Origin: a virus
Virus record (IMG/VR): IMGVR_UViG_2857776322_000004
Coordinates: 74,353 to 97,860 of that record
Length of the DNA stretch: 23,508 bases
Direction: 5' to 3' (one strand)
Shown here: positions 23,336 through 23,508 of the stretch, piece by piece
How positions within the stretch are numbered: the first letter of the stretch is position 1
Layout: every line of letters starts with the position of its first letter
Program-made: the position numbers and the translations under genes
Notes under the pieces: generated by a model
Seen by the model: only the letters and a program-made list of their open reading frames with translations
The model's database searches: none
Told to the model about the DNA's origin: nothing

Positions 23336-23508
23336 TACAACCTGCCGTCGCCGGGGTTCTCGCCAGGCTCGTAGTGGTGCACCTGGTCGTCGGTGGCGTC
23401 CGCCTGATGGAGGTAGACGCCGCCGATCCCCTCGTGCTCGGCGACGGTCAGTTCGACCTCCCCGCCGTCGAGCGGCCCACCCACCAGTATTCGCGTCGTA
23501 TCAGCCAT
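23314..23508 (-). CDS. Small acidic hypothetical protein (64 aa) with an LVGGPLDG motif
   Basis: GGPLDG motif common in small actinomycete proteins; ATG is at the window edge so the RBS is not visible. Confidence 0.6.
   Translation of the reverse strand: MADTTRILVGGPLDGGEVELTVAEHEGIGGVYLHQADATDDQVHHYEPGENPGDGRLYYEYSIR

Overview
High-GC actinomycete (Streptomyces-like) siphovirus or prophage segment. From 1 to ~20.3 kb there is one rightward late operon: portal (5'-truncated), MuF/capsid-maturation-type protein, scaffold, major capsid, a GT4 glycosyltransferase coupled to the capsid gene, head-tail connectors, major tail protein, tail chaperones with a GGGAAAG -1 frameshift, a 1750-aa tape measure with NlpC/P60 and SLT domains, minor tail proteins, and a lysis cassette (amidase, duplicated r1t-like holin, membrane protein, collagen-like membrane protein). 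It ends at a 40-bp palindrome. The accessory right end (20.3-23.5 kb) holds a lipoprotein, a leftward three-gene unit (acidic 109-aa protein, HTH protein, 163-aa protein) under a palindromic operator, and the most notable feature: a divergent, cas-less type I-E CRISPR-like mini-array (22821-22995). The array has 4 repeats with compensatory stem changes, a 49-nt period, and three mutually homologous 20-nt spacers, 12 nt (two Cas7 footprints) shorter than normal. It has its own 5' hairpin and terminator and an upstream BldM-type palindrome. The best hypothesis is a phage counter-defence locus pairing crRNA mimics with an acr-aca-like operon. This is inference and no database search was possible.
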